Below, piece by piece: positions 17,439 through 27,750 of a stretch of DNA of 41,776 nt; the first letter of the stretch is position 1, and the number at the start of each line of letters is the position of its first letter. This DNA comes from a bacterium (GTDB taxonomy: Bacteria; Patescibacteriota; JACMRA01): positions 1-41,776 of the forward strand of contig JAYWFX010000005.1 in assembly GCA_043778575.1 (NCBI GenBank). The letters are read 5' to 3'. A program made the position numbers and the translations under genes. The notes beneath the pieces were generated by a model. That model did not search any database. It was not told the DNA's origin and saw nothing but the letters and a program-made list of their open reading frames with translations.

Positions 17439-19199
17439 ATGCCACGTTTTATTAAATATTTTGCTTGCTTAATTTTATGTATAGCCTATCTGTCTATCGG
17501 ACTATATAATGTTGGTCATGTTGGTCTAACTAATGACGAGATTGCACATATTGGAGCAATACAGAGCTATACCCAAGGAGATGGACTGAATCCAGAGCAC
17601 CCTATCTTTATCAAGACAATTGCCGCGACGGTAGTGAAATTAAGGTTTCCACTACTAACGGGACAGAGTACAGATCAGTGGGGTCGAGGTGGTGAGATTC
17701 TCTTTAACGGGCAATACTCTCCTGTTGATATTATTGCTACTATTCGGACTGTTTTTTTGCTTACCAATATGGTTTTTCTGGTATGGATATATGTTTATGT
17801 GGTTTTCTTTAGAGAAATAAGCTGGAAAATGGGTTTGATAGCTGGAATCATATTTGTCTTTTCACCAAGCCTTATCAGTCACAATTATTTGGTTACTTTT
17901 GATGTGAGCGGTGCTATTTGGCTTTTGATGGCTACACTGAGCGTATATTTCTTTTTTAAAAATCTACACAAAGAGTACATAACCACTTTCAGATTTAAAG
18001 GTCAGTTTTTATTGGTTGGATTGTTAGTTTGTGCTGCTTGGAATACTAAATTTAGTAATATTGTGAGTGTTGTTCCCCTCCTTGTTTTGACTACGACCAG
18101 TACAATATATTTTTTCACCAAGCGGGACTTCACCAAGCTTAAATGGGTTATCCAGTTTAAAGCCTATATTGTTAGTTTGATGATTTTTAGTATTTATTTT
18201 CTGTACCGTTATAGTTTTGGATCTGTGGGAATATCTAGTGATGAACAAAATATTGCTATCATAAAGCCACTAGTTGGTGTCATTCCAAAGGAATTTATTC
18301 ACTATATTCATGGTTTAAACTATATTCTCCATCGAACCAGTGATGGGCATTTGAATTTTTTTGGCGAACAATTCACCGCAACTCGATTTCCATGGTTTAT
18401 TGCTCGGGTATTTTGGTTCAAAGAAAACCCAGTGTTATCTGTATTGGTCGGTTCTGGGACTATATATGGACTGTATAAACTGATTAAAAACAAAACCTAT
18501 AAAAGCTATATTTCGAATTTCCAGCGATACCATTTGTCATGGTTTGTGTTGTCCGTACCACTATTATACACAGTTGTCAGTTTCAATAGTGAGCTTACGA
18601 TAGGATTTAGGCATTTTTATGCAGTTCTTGTGTTTGTTTATGTTGGTGCCATTTTATTTGTCGGACATTTGTTTGATCACAAAAAATACATAGCTCAAAT
18701 GGTGCTTGCTGTGTACGTAGTATTTGGTTTACTCAGCATCTCTCAGAATATTTCATACGTAAATGTTTTGTGGATGCAACCAAAATACTCCTTAGCCAAC
18801 GACTCGACACTTTATTGGTCACAGGAGCAAAGCGGTGCACTGCAGTTTTTACTAGAGAAAGGTGTCACGAAATATGAAAATGATGATCAAGTGACATTTG
18901 CCGTGTGGACATCTCAGTTTTTTACACCTTTAAAAGTCAATGAGGAGCTAGCACTACTAACAAACACACAACCTAATCAATGGAAAACCTATACACGAAA
19001 CTTTGATCCAACCAAACAAAAGATTTCAGAAATGAGGGAAAAATACACAGTGATCGACATTCATTTTATACAAAAGATTGTGGGATTAAAAAAAGAAAAT
19101 GAAATAGCCGAGGAGAACTGGAAATATATTCAAAATAACAAACCAATATACACTAAAAACGATGTGATTTGGATCTATGAAAAACAAACTAGTTTTTGA
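17439..19199 (+). CDS. GT-C fold membrane glycosyltransferase (ArnT/PMT-like, GT39/GT83-type)
   Basis: The protein is 586 aa and polytopic, with many hydrophobic helices. The first extracytoplasmic loop carries LTNDEIAH (a DE motif). The C-terminal ~140 aa form a soluble domain. Confidence 0.6.
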   Translation: MPRFIKYFACLILCIAYLSIGLYNVGHVGLTNDEIAHIGAIQSYTQGDGLNPEHPIFIKTIAATVVKLRFPLLTGQSTDQWGRGGEILFNGQYSPVDIIATIRTVFLLTNMVFLVWIYVYVVFFREISWKMGLIAGIIFVFSPSLISHNYLVTFDVSGAIWLLMATLSVYFFFKNLHKEYITTFRFKGQFLLVGLLVCAAWNTKFSNIVSVVPLLVLTTTSTIYFFTKRDFTKLKWVIQFKAYIVSLMIFSIYFLYRYSFGSVGISSDEQNIAIIKPLVGVIPKEFIHYIHGLNYILHRTSDGHLNFFGEQFTATRFPWFIARVFWFKENPVLSVLVGSGTIYGLYKLIKNKTYKSYISNFQRYHLSWFVLSVPLLYTVVSFNSELTIGFRHFYAVLVFVYVGAILFVGHLFDHKKYIAQMVLAVYVVFGLLSISQNISYVNVLWMQPKYSLANDSTLYWSQEQSGALQFLLEKGVTKYENDDQVTFAVWTSQFFTPLKVNEELALLTNTQPNQWKTYTRNFDPTKQKISEMREKYTVIDIHFIQKIVGLKKENEIAEENWKYIQNNKPIYTKNDVIWIYEKQTSF

Positions 19200-19962
19200 G
19201 ACCGATACCTCTATCCAGTAGATATAGATTTAGTCCTAATAATGCTCCTGTGAAACCAACCAAGACAACGAGACTCACAACTACATTGATATCTGAAAAT
19301 CCGTAAAATCCATACCGAAAACCATCTACCATATATATGATGGGGTTTAGTTTACTAATATTTTGCCAAACAGGTGGTAGTTCTTTGATCGAGTAAAATA
19401 CACCACCTAAATATGTGAGAGGGGTGAGTACAAACGTAGGAAATATCGACACGTCATCAAACTTTTTAGCAAAAATGCCATTGGTGAGCCCTCCTAGAGC
19501 AAACACTATAGCAGTCAATGTGATAAACACCAGTAATATTCCTAGATTATAGACTTCAATCTTTGGGTTAAAAAAAAGAGAGACGAGAAGCACACTGCCG
19601 CCAACTATTATACCTCGTAGTGCACCACCAATTACATAACCACTGATAATTGTCATGTTTGAAACCGGTGACACCATGAGCTCTTCGATGTTTCGCTGGA
19701 ATTTTGAGCCAAAAAACGAGCTTACTACATTGCTAAAACTGTTTGTGATGACTGCGAGCATAACCAAACCCGGAACGAGAAAAGCAATATAACTAACTCC
19801 ATTTATAGCCGCTACTTGTTTACCAACAAAATTACCAAAAATCAAGAAATAGAGTGACGTAGTTATCACTGAAGGTAAAATTGTCTGAGACCAAATTCTA
19901 AGAAAACGAGTAATTTCTTTGTTTACGATTGTCTGAAAGGCTACTAATTGTGAAGATTCCAT
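19189..19962 (-). CDS. ABC-2 type exporter permease (TagG/Wzm-like), no adjacent ATPase
   Basis: The protein is 257 aa with six predicted TM helices and an ABC-2 type pattern (...EELMVSPVSNMTIISGYVIGGALRG...). No ATPase gene lies on either side. Confidence 0.7.
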   Translation of the reverse strand: MESSQLVAFQTIVNKEITRFLRIWSQTILPSVITTSLYFLIFGNFVGKQVAAINGVSYIAFLVPGLVMLAVITNSFSNVVSSFFGSKFQRNIEELMVSPVSNMTIISGYVIGGALRGIIVGGSVLLVSLFFNPKIEVYNLGILLVFITLTAIVFALGGLTNGIFAKKFDDVSIFPTFVLTPLTYLGGVFYSIKELPPVWQNISKLNPIIYMVDGFRYGFYGFSDINVVVSLVVLVGFTGALLGLNLYLLDRGIGLKN

Positions 19963-20002
19963 ATATATTTAAGTTGCGTTTGCTGTTTAATTTTGTCAAA
20001 GT

Positions 20003-20031
20003 TTGACATGGTATCTGGAATTGGGTATGAA
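20003..20031 (+). promoter_or_regulatory. Sigma70-type promoter for trpS (TTGACA-17 nt-TATGAA)
   Basis: TTGACA is at 20003-20008, followed by a 17-nt spacer and TATGAA at 20026-20031. The -10 element ends 7 nt before the ATG at 20039, which is leaderless geometry. Confidence 0.45.
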
Positions 20032-20038
20032 ATTAGTT

Positions 20039-21058
20039 ATGAGTACGATTATCACAGGAATCAAAGCAAATAGTGATCTGCATTTAGGAAATTATTTTGG
20101 GGCAATTATGCCGTTTGTATCAATGACCAAAAGAGTGACACAGACTGATGATTTGTATATCTTTGTTCCTGATTTACACTCCTTTACTATACCCATAGAC
20201 CATTTTGCATTTTACCAAAAGATTCAAAACAATATCAGACTATATTTAGCGTGTGGAGTGGAAGCTCAAAAGTCGAATGTTCATATCTTTCGCCAAAGTC
20301 ATGTATCTGCTCATAGTGAGCTTGCTTGGATCTTATCATGTTTTAGTAGTGTAGGGGAGATATCTGGGCAAATTCAATTCAAGGAAAAAGCTAAAGCCCA
20401 AGAGAGTGCAAGTGTGGGACTTTTTACATATCCTTTATTGATGGCGGCTGATATTCTACTTTATGGAGCTGAATATGTTCCGTTGGGAGCTGATCAACAA
20501 CAACACCTAGAACTCTGCCGGGATGTGGCTACACGTATGAACCATAGATTTGGACAAGACCTTTTTGTTTTGCCTAAAAAGTGGTCAGATCAGCTAAACT
20601 ATTTCGGTACCGAACAGCCAGTAAAGATACGAAGTTTATCAACTCCAGACAAAAAGATGAGTAAATCCGAAAATGATCCCAAAGGAACCATAACATTGTT
20701 TGACACACCAAAAGACGCTATAAAAAAGATTATGTCAGCGAATACGGATAGTTTTGAGAATATACGATGGGACTGGGAGAATCAGCCAGGTATTACCAAT
20801 TTACTTCAATTAGATATGTTGTTTTCAGGAAAAACTATTGAGCAAACAAAAAAAACATGGGAAGGGCAGACACAATATGGAGCGTTAAAAAAATCTGTGG
20901 CCAGTGGTGCCGAGTTGTTTTTAATTGATATTCAAGAAAAACTCGAGAACATTAGCCAAACGCAAATCGATCAAATTTTAGATAAAGGTGAGCTCAGTGC
21001 TAATATTAAATCAAAACAAACACTCAATCACATTCATTTAGTATTAGGATTAAAATAG
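20039..21058 (+). CDS. trpS: Tryptophanyl-tRNA synthetase
   Basis: ITGIKANSDLHLGNYFGAI (HIGH-type), GADQQQHLELCRDVA, and KMSKS. Alternative starts are the ATG at 20027 and the TTG at 20003. Confidence 0.93.
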   Translation: MSTIITGIKANSDLHLGNYFGAIMPFVSMTKRVTQTDDLYIFVPDLHSFTIPIDHFAFYQKIQNNIRLYLACGVEAQKSNVHIFRQSHVSAHSELAWILSCFSSVGEISGQIQFKEKAKAQESASVGLFTYPLLMAADILLYGAEYVPLGADQQQHLELCRDVATRMNHRFGQDLFVLPKKWSDQLNYFGTEQPVKIRSLSTPDKKMSKSENDPKGTITLFDTPKDAIKKIMSANTDSFENIRWDWENQPGITNLLQLDMLFSGKTIEQTKKTWEGQTQYGALKKSVASGAELFLIDIQEKLENISQTQIDQILDKGELSANIKSKQTLNHIHLVLGLK

Positions 21059-21119
21059 TGTTGGGATTGAAAAAGTAAGTTATTGACTAATATATAATTG
21101 CGTGTGACACTCAAATGGT

Positions 21120-22748
21120 ATGTCATCAAACAAAAAGACAAAAGTACTGTGTATATTTGACGGATTTGGTTTAGCTGTAGACTCAGAAAACAATTGCATT
21201 TCGAGAGCAAAAATGCCTCATTTTAGAAAACTTCTTTCAGAGTATCAGTGGAGTGTATTCAATGCTGACGGTGACAGTGTAGGGCAAGAGGCTGGACTAG
21301 TTGGAAATAGCGAAGTTGGTCATATGAATATTGGTGGTCTAAAACTTGTTCCGCAGCTGAGTTATCAAATTACTAAAAGTAGCGAAAATAACTTTGATTT
21401 AGATAAGCAAGTATCTCCTGATCAGCTGTTTGATCCCAAATATTTTTTAAAAAACACATTCTCAAAGCCAGAAAAAAATAAAACAATTCATCTGATCGGT
21501 CTCTTTTCGACTGGCACCATTCACTCAGATCTCAGACATTGGGCAGCGGCAATAGTATCTGCTGGTCAATCTGGGGCTGAAAATATCGTATTACACATCA
21601 TTTCAGATGGACGAGACAGCGACAAAAAATCATTGGTAGCTACTTGGGATGGATTTATGAAAACATACTCAGAAAAAATTAAACCATTTGAAGATAAAAT
21701 ACTAGTAGGATCTATAGGTGGTAGATTTTACTCAATGGATAGAGATAAAAACCTAGATAGGGTAACAAAAGGAATTTCATCAATGTTTTACAATAGTGTC
21801 TCAGATGTTTTTGAGAATATATCTATTTATGATGTAGAAAGTAAAAGTTATAGCAGTGAGGTGTTTGATGAAAATATACAACCTGTTTCCATAACTCAGA
21901 ATTTGATTGTGCCAAACGATACTGTTTGGTTTTTGAATTTTCGAACAGACAGAATGAAACAAATGATTAGCATGATTTGCGATCGTAATACAGAATATGG
22001 GTTGAATCTAACGATGATCAGTATGAATGACTACTGTGTGGGGCATGAAATTTATTTAAATGAAAAACTCGAAACAACTCGATCAAAAGATGCTGTGGGG
22101 TACTTCCCAATTTTTAAAAATCAGCCTGTACAAAACACTTTGGCTCAGACTATTTCAAAGGAGGGGAAAACGCAACTGCATATTGCAGAAACAGAAAAAT
22201 TTAACCACGTAACATATTTCTTTAATGGTGGTCAGGATAAAAAATGGACTGGTGAAGACTGGGTAGTAATCCCCTCAAACAAAGTCCAAAGCCACGCCGA
22301 AAAACCAGAGATGAAAGCAAAAGAGGTGACAGACTATATCTTGGAACACGGACTCGGGAAATATGATTATATTATAGTCAACTATGCTAATCCTGACATG
22401 GTGGGACACACAGGCGATATTGGAGCTGGCGTGACATCTATGGAGTTTTTAGATACCCAGTTAGGTAGGCTTTTGGAAGTAATCAATGGTGAAGAATATT
22501 CGATGATACTCATTGCAGATCATGGAAATATGGAAATGGTTGGCGGATACACAAAAGATAGTTATGAGCTCACTGACACCGAGCACAACGCAAATCCTGT
22601 GCCATGTATTGTTATCGATTCGAACTACAAAACACTAAACTTAGATCGTGATTACTCAGTAGAGTGGCTAACCCATAAGGAGATCGAGGAAAAAAAGAAT
22701 ACTCAACAAGCACTTTGGACAGCAGGAAAACTAATTTTAGAGCTGTAA
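21120..22748 (+). CDS. gpmI: 2,3-bisphosphoglycerate-independent phosphoglycerate mutase
   Basis: VLCIFDGFGLA, NSEVGHMNIGGLK, ISDGRDS, ETEKFNHVTYFFNGG, NYANPDMVGHTGD, and ADHGN. Confidence 0.93.
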   Translation: MSSNKKTKVLCIFDGFGLAVDSENNCISRAKMPHFRKLLSEYQWSVFNADGDSVGQEAGLVGNSEVGHMNIGGLKLVPQLSYQITKSSENNFDLDKQVSPDQLFDPKYFLKNTFSKPEKNKTIHLIGLFSTGTIHSDLRHWAAAIVSAGQSGAENIVLHIISDGRDSDKKSLVATWDGFMKTYSEKIKPFEDKILVGSIGGRFYSMDRDKNLDRVTKGISSMFYNSVSDVFENISIYDVESKSYSSEVFDENIQPVSITQNLIVPNDTVWFLNFRTDRMKQMISMICDRNTEYGLNLTMISMNDYCVGHEIYLNEKLETTRSKDAVGYFPIFKNQPVQNTLAQTISKEGKTQLHIAETEKFNHVTYFFNGGQDKKWTGEDWVVIPSNKVQSHAEKPEMKAKEVTDYILEHGLGKYDYIIVNYANPDMVGHTGDIGAGVTSMEFLDTQLGRLLEVINGEEYSMILIADHGNMEMVGGYTKDSYELTDTEHNANPVPCIVIDSNYKTLNLDRDYSVEWLTHKEIEEKKNTQQALWTAGKLILEL

Positions 22749-23375
22749 TTCACCTAAATCTAAATACATTTGTACGTCGTCGACATATTCACCTCTAAAT
22801 AAAAATCCTTTGGGTATTCTGCCACATTCTTTGAATCCGAGTTTGTGGTAGAGTTTTAGACCAGCTGTATTTGTCCCTATGAAGTTAAGTTGAATTTGCT
22901 GTATGTGCTTCAGTTTCTTTTCCGCTTCCTTGATAACTATTTTACTAGCTAAAAACCCTAATCCGAAACCTCTGAAATCTTTTTGAATCGCAATTCCAAA
23001 ATTTGCTACATGAGATGTAAGCCTTAAATTTTTATTTGAGTTAATGATGCTCACATTACCTATTAACTCATCATTATGCATTGCCAATAGATAGACCGCA
23101 TTACCTTTTTCCATATCTACAAATATATCTGCTAGCCAGTTCATTTCCTGTTCCCGAGTTATGACCTCGCCTGAATATGAGATAATTTTTTCTTCCGATA
23201 ATTGATTCATTAGTTTAGTCAGTCCTGTTAGATCAGACCACTTCGGATAACGAATGATTATTTGTTTATCATTTTTTAATTGGATTTGAGAGACTATTTC
23301 TCCAGGGTTAAAATTATTTGTCATAGCTAGACTGTGCTGATTTTTCTGGAAAATTGAAATGAGATTATTGAGCAT
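22737..23375 (-). CDS. GNAT family N-acetyltransferase
   Basis: IAIQKDFRGFGLGFLASKIV is the acetyl-CoA motif A (Q/RxxGxG/A). ...LYHKLGFKECG. The start is uncertain: TTG at 23402, ATG at 23375 or ATG at 23324. Confidence 0.8.
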   Translation of the reverse strand: MLNNLISIFQKNQHSLAMTNNFNPGEIVSQIQLKNDKQIIIRYPKWSDLTGLTKLMNQLSEEKIISYSGEVITREQEMNWLADIFVDMEKGNAVYLLAMHNDELIGNVSIINSNKNLRLTSHVANFGIAIQKDFRGFGLGFLASKIVIKEAEKKLKHIQQIQLNFIGTNTAGLKLYHKLGFKECGRIPKGFLFRGEYVDDVQMYLDLGELQL

Positions 23376-23413
23376 TTGGTCAAAACTGTAATATCTTTCC
23401 AAAAAACCTTTCC

Positions 23414-23441
23414 AAAAAAATATGGAGGGTTTATCCCCCCA
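23414..23441 (-). terminator. Rho-independent terminator after fusA
   Basis: On the minus strand, TGGGGGG-ATAAA-CCCTCCA forms 7 bp with one mismatch, followed by TATTTTTTT. Confidence 0.6.
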
Positions 23442-23459
23442 CTAAAATTAATATAAGAA

Positions 23460-25574
23460 CTATTTTCCTCTGCTTGCAACGATTTTTTCTTGGATACTTC
23501 TTGGTACTTCTGCGTACTGTCCAAACTCCATGCTGGCTGTGCCCTGACCCTTGGTTTTACCTCGTAGATCAGAGATATAACCAAATAGGTTCTCTAGAGG
23601 TACATCAGCTCGAACTACGGTCGCTTTTCCACGCTTTTCACTACCGAGAACCTGACCACGTCTACTATTTAGATCACCGATTACATCTCCCATATACTCA
23701 TCTGGAACCACTACCTCCATTTTCATAATTGGCTCTAGGAGTACAGGGTTTGCAGACAAGACACCTTCTTTCATGGCTATTGCACCAGCGAGTTTAAATG
23801 CCATTTCAGATGAATCCACATCGTGATAACTACCGTCATAAACCTCTACTTTTATGTCGATTATTGGATAGCCAGCTAAAGCACCATTTTGACACACCTC
23901 TTCACAACCCTTTTGGATTGCAGGAATAAACTCTCGAGGAATAACTCCACCGACAACTTTATTGTCGAAGCTAAAACCTGACCCTGTTTCCATTGGTGTG
24001 AGCCTGAGCCAGCAATCTCCAAACTGACCTCGACCTCCAGATTGACGGACATATTTTCCTTGGATTTCTACTGATTTTCTAATAGCTTCTTTGTAGGCTA
24101 CCTGCGGCGCACCGACATTTGTGTCTACTTTGTACTCACGTCTCATTCTGTCTACAATGATATCGAGATGGAGCTCACCCATACCCGAAATGATCGTCTG
24201 ACCAGTTTCTTCGTTTGATGCTACACGTAGGGATGGGTCTTCTTGGGTTAATTTGCCGAGAGCTAGACCTAGTCTCTCCTGATCTGCTTTGGTCTTTGGC
24301 TCTATCGCCATTGAGATAACTGGATCGGCAAAGGTGATTGATTCTAGGAGGAGTTGATTTTGTTTTGTACACAGTGTATCACCAGTTCGTACATCTTTTA
24401 GACCTACAAAAGCAGCGATTTCACCTGCATAAACAGCATCTACATCCTCTCGATTGTTTGAGTGCATCAATACGATTCTCCCAGCACGTTCAGTTTTACC
24501 AGTTCTGGCGTTGTAGAGTTCGTCGCCCTTGTTTACCACTCCAGAATATACTCTAAAGAATGTTAGTGTACCAAATTGATCCGAGGCAATCTTAAAGGCA
24601 AGTGCGGCAAATTTACCAGCGTCGTTTGGGGTGATAATAACTTTTTTGGATTCATCTTGGACTTCACAAGCTTCGATTTCTGCTACATCAACTGGGGATG
24701 GCAGGTATTCGCAGACTGCATCTAAAATAGCTTGGACACCTTTGTTTTTGAGAGCTGATCCGCAGAAAACTGGATGAATTTCACTCTTTGTGGTGGCTTT
24801 TCTGATTGCACTTTTGAGTTCTGGGATAGTGATTTCAATACCCTCCAAAAACTTATCCATCAGCTCATCACTAGTTTCGGCGATTCTCTCTACTAATTTT
24901 TGTCTGTATTCGGTAGCTTTTTCTAGCATGTCTGCAGGAATCTCCTCGATACGAACCTCTTTTCCATTTTGATCATCAATGAAAATATGAGCTTTCATAC
25001 TCAGCAAATCAATAGTACCAGAAAAATTCTCTTCAGCACCAATCGGTAGCTGCATAACCACAGCGTGATCAGTCAAACGATCTTTGATACTTTGTACGTC
25101 AAAATAAAAATCTGCACCGGTTCGATCTAGCTTGTTGATAAAACACATTCTTGGTACACTGTATTTCTCAGCTTGTCTCCAGACTGTTTCTGTTTGGCTT
25201 TCTACACCAGCTACACCATCAAATACTGCAATAGCACCATCTAATACCCGCAGAGATCGTTCTACCTCCACTGTAAAATCTACGTGCCCTGGTGTATCGA
25301 TGATATTAAATCGAGTTTGTAGATCTTTGTCATCTGGATATACCCACGCTGGTGCATCCCAAAAACAGGTTGTGGCAGCTGATGTGATGGTGATACCACG
25401 CTCCCGTTCCTGTGCCATCCAATCCATAGTTGCTTCACCTTCATGAACTTCACCGATTTTGTGAGTACGACCAGTATAGAGCAGTACACGCTCAGTAAAG
25501 GTAGTTTTTCCTGCATCAATGTGAGCAATAATACCAAAATTTCTGACTTTGTGAATGGGATTGGATCGCGGCAT
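23460..25574 (-). CDS. fusA: Elongation factor G
   Basis: [54 protein letters not shown], and NKLDR, with full-length domains II-V. The ATG at 25574 is preferred; the track's upstream extension to 25733 is non-homologous. Confidence 0.97.
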   Translation of the reverse strand: MPRSNPIHKVRNFGIIAHIDAGKTTFTERVLLYTGRTHKIGEVHEGEATMDWMAQERERGITITSAATTCFWDAPAWVYPDDKDLQTRFNIIDTPGHVDFTVEVERSLRVLDGAIAVFDGVAGVESQTETVWRQAEKYSVPRMCFINKLDRTGADFYFDVQSIKDRLTDHAVVMQLPIGAEENFSGTIDLLSMKAHIFIDDQNGKEVRIEEIPADMLEKATEYRQKLVERIAETSDELMDKFLEGIEITIPELKSAIRKATTKSEIHPVFCGSALKNKGVQAILDAVCEYLPSPVDVAEIEACEVQDESKKVIITPNDAGKFAALAFKIASDQFGTLTFFRVYSGVVNKGDELYNARTGKTERAGRIVLMHSNNREDVDAVYAGEIAAFVGLKDVRTGDTLCTKQNQLLLESITFADPVISMAIEPKTKADQERLGLALGKLTQEDPSLRVASNEETGQTIISGMGELHLDIIVDRMRREYKVDTNVGAPQVAYKEAIRKSVEIQGKYVRQSGGRGQFGDCWLRLTPMETGSGFSFDNKVVGGVIPREFIPAIQKGCEEVCQNGALAGYPIIDIKVEVYDGSYHDVDSSEMAFKLAGAIAMKEGVLSANPVLLEPIMKMEVVVPDEYMGDVIGDLNSRRGQVLGSEKRGKATVVRADVPLENLFGYISDLRGKTKGQGTASMEFGQYAEVPRSIQEKIVASRGK

Positions 25575-25705
25575 AAAAAATATAAATACAATAAAAATAT
25601 GTTGTTTAACCAAGTAATCTAAGTATAAAAGCCTTTTGTCAAGACAATGTAAGCTCAGATCAAAGATGAAAACCAGTCTCAAAAATAACCTAAAAAATTG
25701 CGCAC

Positions 25706-25729
25706 AAAAAAGGGAGGGATTGACCCTCC
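25706..25729 (-). terminator. Rho-independent terminator after the Q/N-rich protein gene
   Basis: GGAGGG (25713-25718) / CCCTCC (25724-25729) with a 5-nt loop. The A6 run at 25706-25711 reads as a U-tract on the minus strand. Confidence 0.7.
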
Positions 25730-25758
25730 GCACCTAATTCGTAATAAAATCGAAATGT

Positions 25759-27456
25759 TTATTGATTTGCATCATTTGGGTTGACACGCCTTCGTGAATC
25801 AACTTGTTTTCCCTGCCTTGGGTTGTTTTGATTGTTCTGCTGATTGTTCTGTTGGTTGCTTTGATGATTATTTTGCTGGTTGTTTTGGTTGTTTGGCTGC
25901 ATTTTATTCATGATTTGATTGTTGTTTGTACTGCGACTGACGAGTGGGAGTTCGGCTAGTTTTGGTTTGACTCTACCGTCATCATGGACGAGACCATTTG
26001 ATTTTTGAAGCTCAAAGATTTCTTTTCTCATAAAATCTAGGCGAGTTAGAATACCCTCTTGTTTATATGTGTCACTACTAAATGCTGAAAATTGACTAGC
26101 AAGCTCGGCGATTCGAGTGCGAGAATCATTTCTAAAATTCCTGACATCTCGAGAATTGTACTCCAAATCCTCTTTGAGTTTATCAACCTGATCTCTGACT
26201 TCATCGATTTGCTCTGGTAGGCTAGATTGTGAGCGTGAACCATCGATCTGGGATCTAATTTCTGTGATTTCCTTGGCTTGACCAACTATTCGTGAGTTCA
26301 TTTCAAACATTTTTGACATGATGGAGTCATAATACGTGGAAATTGATTCAAAATTGATAACCACTTCCATGACTTTGTTCAAAAACTCACTTTGGTTCTG
26401 CTCGTATCTATCAAAAGCGTTTGCATACTCATCTTTCATCTTTGAATACTGCTTGTAAATGGCTTGGAGTTTTTCTTGGGTGACAGATTTTCGTGCATCT
26501 AGTGTGCCAGAGAAATTTTCGTACTGAGCCTCATCCATCTTTTTAGTCTGACCACTTGTTTGATTATTTGATTGATTGCTTTTCTGCTGATTCTGATTTG
26601 AGTTTTTTTGAGATTGGTTCTGGTTTTGCCCCTGTCCTTGGTTTGGATTCTGATTTTGCTTATTTGAGTTTTGCTGATTTTGTTTTGGCTTTCTCTCTTC
26701 ATTTTGGACTGGTGGTTTTGATGTAGGTTTTGGTGATTGAATTTGAACTGCTACTGGTTGGTCAAAGTCATCTGCTCCAAAACTAAACGAGTCGTCAGCT
26801 TGGACTTCTTCGTCTTTGCTTTCATCTAACAAACTGCTGGATGTAAATGGTGCATTTCCCATTTTTTGTAGTTCGTCGTGCTGTTCTGCTTCTTCTGCAA
26901 CTACCTCATCTTCTTCTACAAAATATGGATCATTTGCAACTTCTACCACAGCTGGTGATGGTTCGACCGCAGGTACCACTGTTTGTGGCTGCTGTACCTC
27001 GACACTATTGACTGCTACTGGCTGTGCAAAAGCTGATGCATCAAAAGTAGGCTCTGTGTGAGCTGGCTGTAAAACTGGTGCCGACTCTACTGGAGCTGCG
27101 AATGGGTTAGTAAAACTACTATCAGTATTATTTGGAACTGGTACTGGAGCGATTGGGATTGCAGGTGCGGTTGGCTGTGTCATAGCTGGTGACACGGATG
27201 GAGCTGGTTGTGCACTGATTCCACCGAGTGATTGTTCGACTGGTTGAGGCTCGGTAAATGCCTGTGGTACTGCAGTTTTTTGAGCGTCTTGCCACATTTG
27301 ATGTAATATACTAACGAGCTCTGACTCCTGTTCTGGGGTAGCGGTCTTGTGCCACTCTCTCCATTCAGTCTTTTCGGAGTCAGACAAAAAATATGCTGCT
27401 GTGATAGCCTCAACTGCATTTAATGGAAAGCCGTCTGGGTATGTGTTTGGTTGCAT
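25759..27456 (-). CDS. Hypothetical Q/N-rich, Pro/Ala-rich coiled-coil protein (565 aa), no signal peptide
   Basis: The ORF is long and open, with a small folded-looking N-terminal domain (aa 1-65) and a P/A/V-rich linker. An acidic FxF segment follows. Q/N tract 1 spans aa 251-303 (nt 26548-26706). A ~190-aa heptad-like helical region comes next. Q/N tract 2 spans aa 509-548 (nt 25813-25932). Confidence 0.75.
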   Translation of the reverse strand: MQPNTYPDGFPLNAVEAITAAYFLSDSEKTEWREWHKTATPEQESELVSILHQMWQDAQKTAVPQAFTEPQPVEQSLGGISAQPAPSVSPAMTQPTAPAIPIAPVPVPNNTDSSFTNPFAAPVESAPVLQPAHTEPTFDASAFAQPVAVNSVEVQQPQTVVPAVEPSPAVVEVANDPYFVEEDEVVAEEAEQHDELQKMGNAPFTSSSLLDESKDEEVQADDSFSFGADDFDQPVAVQIQSPKPTSKPPVQNEERKPKQNQQNSNKQNQNPNQGQGQNQNQSQKNSNQNQQKSNQSNNQTSGQTKKMDEAQYENFSGTLDARKSVTQEKLQAIYKQYSKMKDEYANAFDRYEQNQSEFLNKVMEVVINFESISTYYDSIMSKMFEMNSRIVGQAKEITEIRSQIDGSRSQSSLPEQIDEVRDQVDKLKEDLEYNSRDVRNFRNDSRTRIAELASQFSAFSSDTYKQEGILTRLDFMRKEIFELQKSNGLVHDDGRVKPKLAELPLVSRSTNNNQIMNKMQPNNQNNQQNNHQSNQQNNQQNNQNNPRQGKQVDSRRRVNPNDANQ

Positions 27457-27591
27457 ATTTATTTTTAGTTATTTTTATGAAAATATTTTAGATTTGTTTT
27501 TGCATTAAAATCGAATTGTTTGGATTATAGCACAGTAAAAAAACTTATGCAAATAAAATATGGATTTTTCCCAGAATTGAGTTTAGTTTTT

Positions 27592-27620
27592 TTGACTAGA
27601 CACTGTTTTTGGCATATATT
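27592..27620 (+). promoter_or_regulatory. Sigma70-type promoter for the giant hydrolase operon (TTGACT-17 nt-TATATT)
   Basis: TTGACT is at 27592-27597, followed by a 17-nt spacer and TATATT at 27615-27620. About 130 nt of A/C-rich, G-poor leader follow, up to the ATG at 27751. Confidence 0.55.
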
Positions 27621-27750
27621 CACGTGAATCAAGAACACCAAACCACAATTCAAAGACTAACTCTAGCACCAATCAAAACAAATACTTCAATTAAAGCTCA
27701 AGTTTGCACTCAAACCAAAACGACAAAACATATAATCTAAACTCAGCCAA

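Noticed and set aside
19963-20038. T-box riboswitch upstream of trpS
   Set aside because: The intergenic region is only 76 nt, far shorter than a T-box leader, and I saw no T-box consensus or specifier hairpin.
25575-25733. Upstream extension of the fusA track ORF, and likewise 13497-13571 for tkt
   Set aside because: The extensions are hydrophobic or low-complexity and non-homologous. Conserved N-termini begin at internal ATGs (25574 and 13572).
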